Shown here piece by piece: positions 63,315-64,000 of a stretch of 64,000 nucleotides of DNA. This stretch comes from an uncultured delta proteobacterium (GTDB lineage Bacteria; Desulfobacterota; RBG-13-43-22): contig CAVUPH010000039.1 in assembly GCA_963743305.1 (NCBI GenBank), forward strand, positions 1 to 64,000, in the 5' to 3' direction. The notes beneath the pieces are model-generated. The model did no database searches, was not told the origin of the DNA, and saw only the letters and a program-made list of their open reading frames with translations. A program made the translations under genes and the position numbers. The first letter of the stretch is position 1, and every line of letters begins with the position of its first letter.

Positions 63315-64000
63315 CTTTTTGAGACTCTCCGGGCGATCAGATTAAACACCAAAACCAGGCTGACCAGGATAAAAGATGCCCCCCAGGCAAATTGGTGAAA
63401 TTCGGGATAAGGGCTGGTGGCATAATAAAAAATGATATGGGGCAGGGACTCCATGGGTTTAAAGAGGTTCCAGCTTAAAAAGGGATTGCCAAAGGAGGTG
63501 AAGAGCAGCGGAGCGGTTTCCCCGGTGATCCGAGCGATACCGAGTAAAATGCCGGTCACGATGCCGCTGAGACCGGACGGTATAATCACCTTTAAAATGG
63601 TCCGGTGGTAAGGCACCCCCAGGGCCAGGGAGGCCTCCTTCAGATGATAAGGAATGAGTTTCAGGGTCTCCTCCGTGGACTTGATGATTACGGGAATCAT
63701 CATCAGGCTCAAGGCGATACCCCCGGAAAAGACCGAGAAGCTCCTGAAGGGACGAACGATCCAGGTATAGGCGATGATGCCGATGACGATCGAGGGGGTG
63801 CCTTGCAGGATTTCGACACACAGTTTTACCGTTCGCGAGAGGAAGCCCTCCCGCTTTTCCGAGAGGTAGATTCCCGAGGCTATCCCCACGGGCACGGAGA
63901 AAAGGCTGGAGAGTATAATCAGGACAAAAGTGCCCACAATAGCGTTAAAAACCCCGCCCCCGATTTCTCCCGTGGGCCGGGGAACCTCGGTCAGGAAAGC
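63296..64000 (-). CDS. pstA: Phosphate ABC permease (5' truncated by window end)
   Basis: [27 protein letters not shown]. Confidence 0.9.
   Translation of the reverse strand, partial: AFLTEVPRPTGEIGGGVFNAIVGTFVLIILSSLFSVPVGIASGIYLSEKREGFLSRTVKLCVEILQGTPSIVIGIIAYTWIVRPFRSFSVFSGGIALSLMMIPVIIKSTEETLKLIPYHLKEASLALGVPYHRTILKVIIPSGLSGIVTGILLGIARITGETAPLLFTSFGNPFLSWNLFKPMESLPHIIFYYATSPYPEFHQFAWGASFILVSLVLVFNLIARRVSKRWKIQL

Overview
Bacterial chromosome segment of about 55% GC. Gene content (IorAB, MSHA-like pili, PilR, PaaK/Liv cluster, tRNA-Arg(UCG)) suggests an anaerobic Desulfobacterota/deltaproteobacterium. Many single-base frameshifts in otherwise intact genes point to an unpolished long-read assembly. 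Most of the window is housekeeping or metabolic: hisD, lepB, pyrBC, tatC, bamD, trxAB, purM, rpmB, relA/spoT, proS, ispG, mreB, suhB, an acyl-CoA/ABC uptake operon, type IV pilus genes, two convergent pst operons and three tRNAs. The best novelty candidate is a compact RiPP-like locus. A 20-aa cationic peptide missed by the ORF track (4962..5024, MKIRKVVKVSKGLCKCKKTC) has its own promoter, RBS and terminator. It is followed by an 8-Cys protein and a radical SAM/SPASM enzyme with an N-terminal RRE-like domain. Other notable items: a shared C-terminal 'LPLI' tail on unrelated secreted proteins; a PstB pair with complementary degenerate ATPase motifs; an integrase-less mini-island at tRNA-Arg; a TA cassette flanked by direct repeats; a pyrB leader/attenuator; and several nested families of intergenic repeats.
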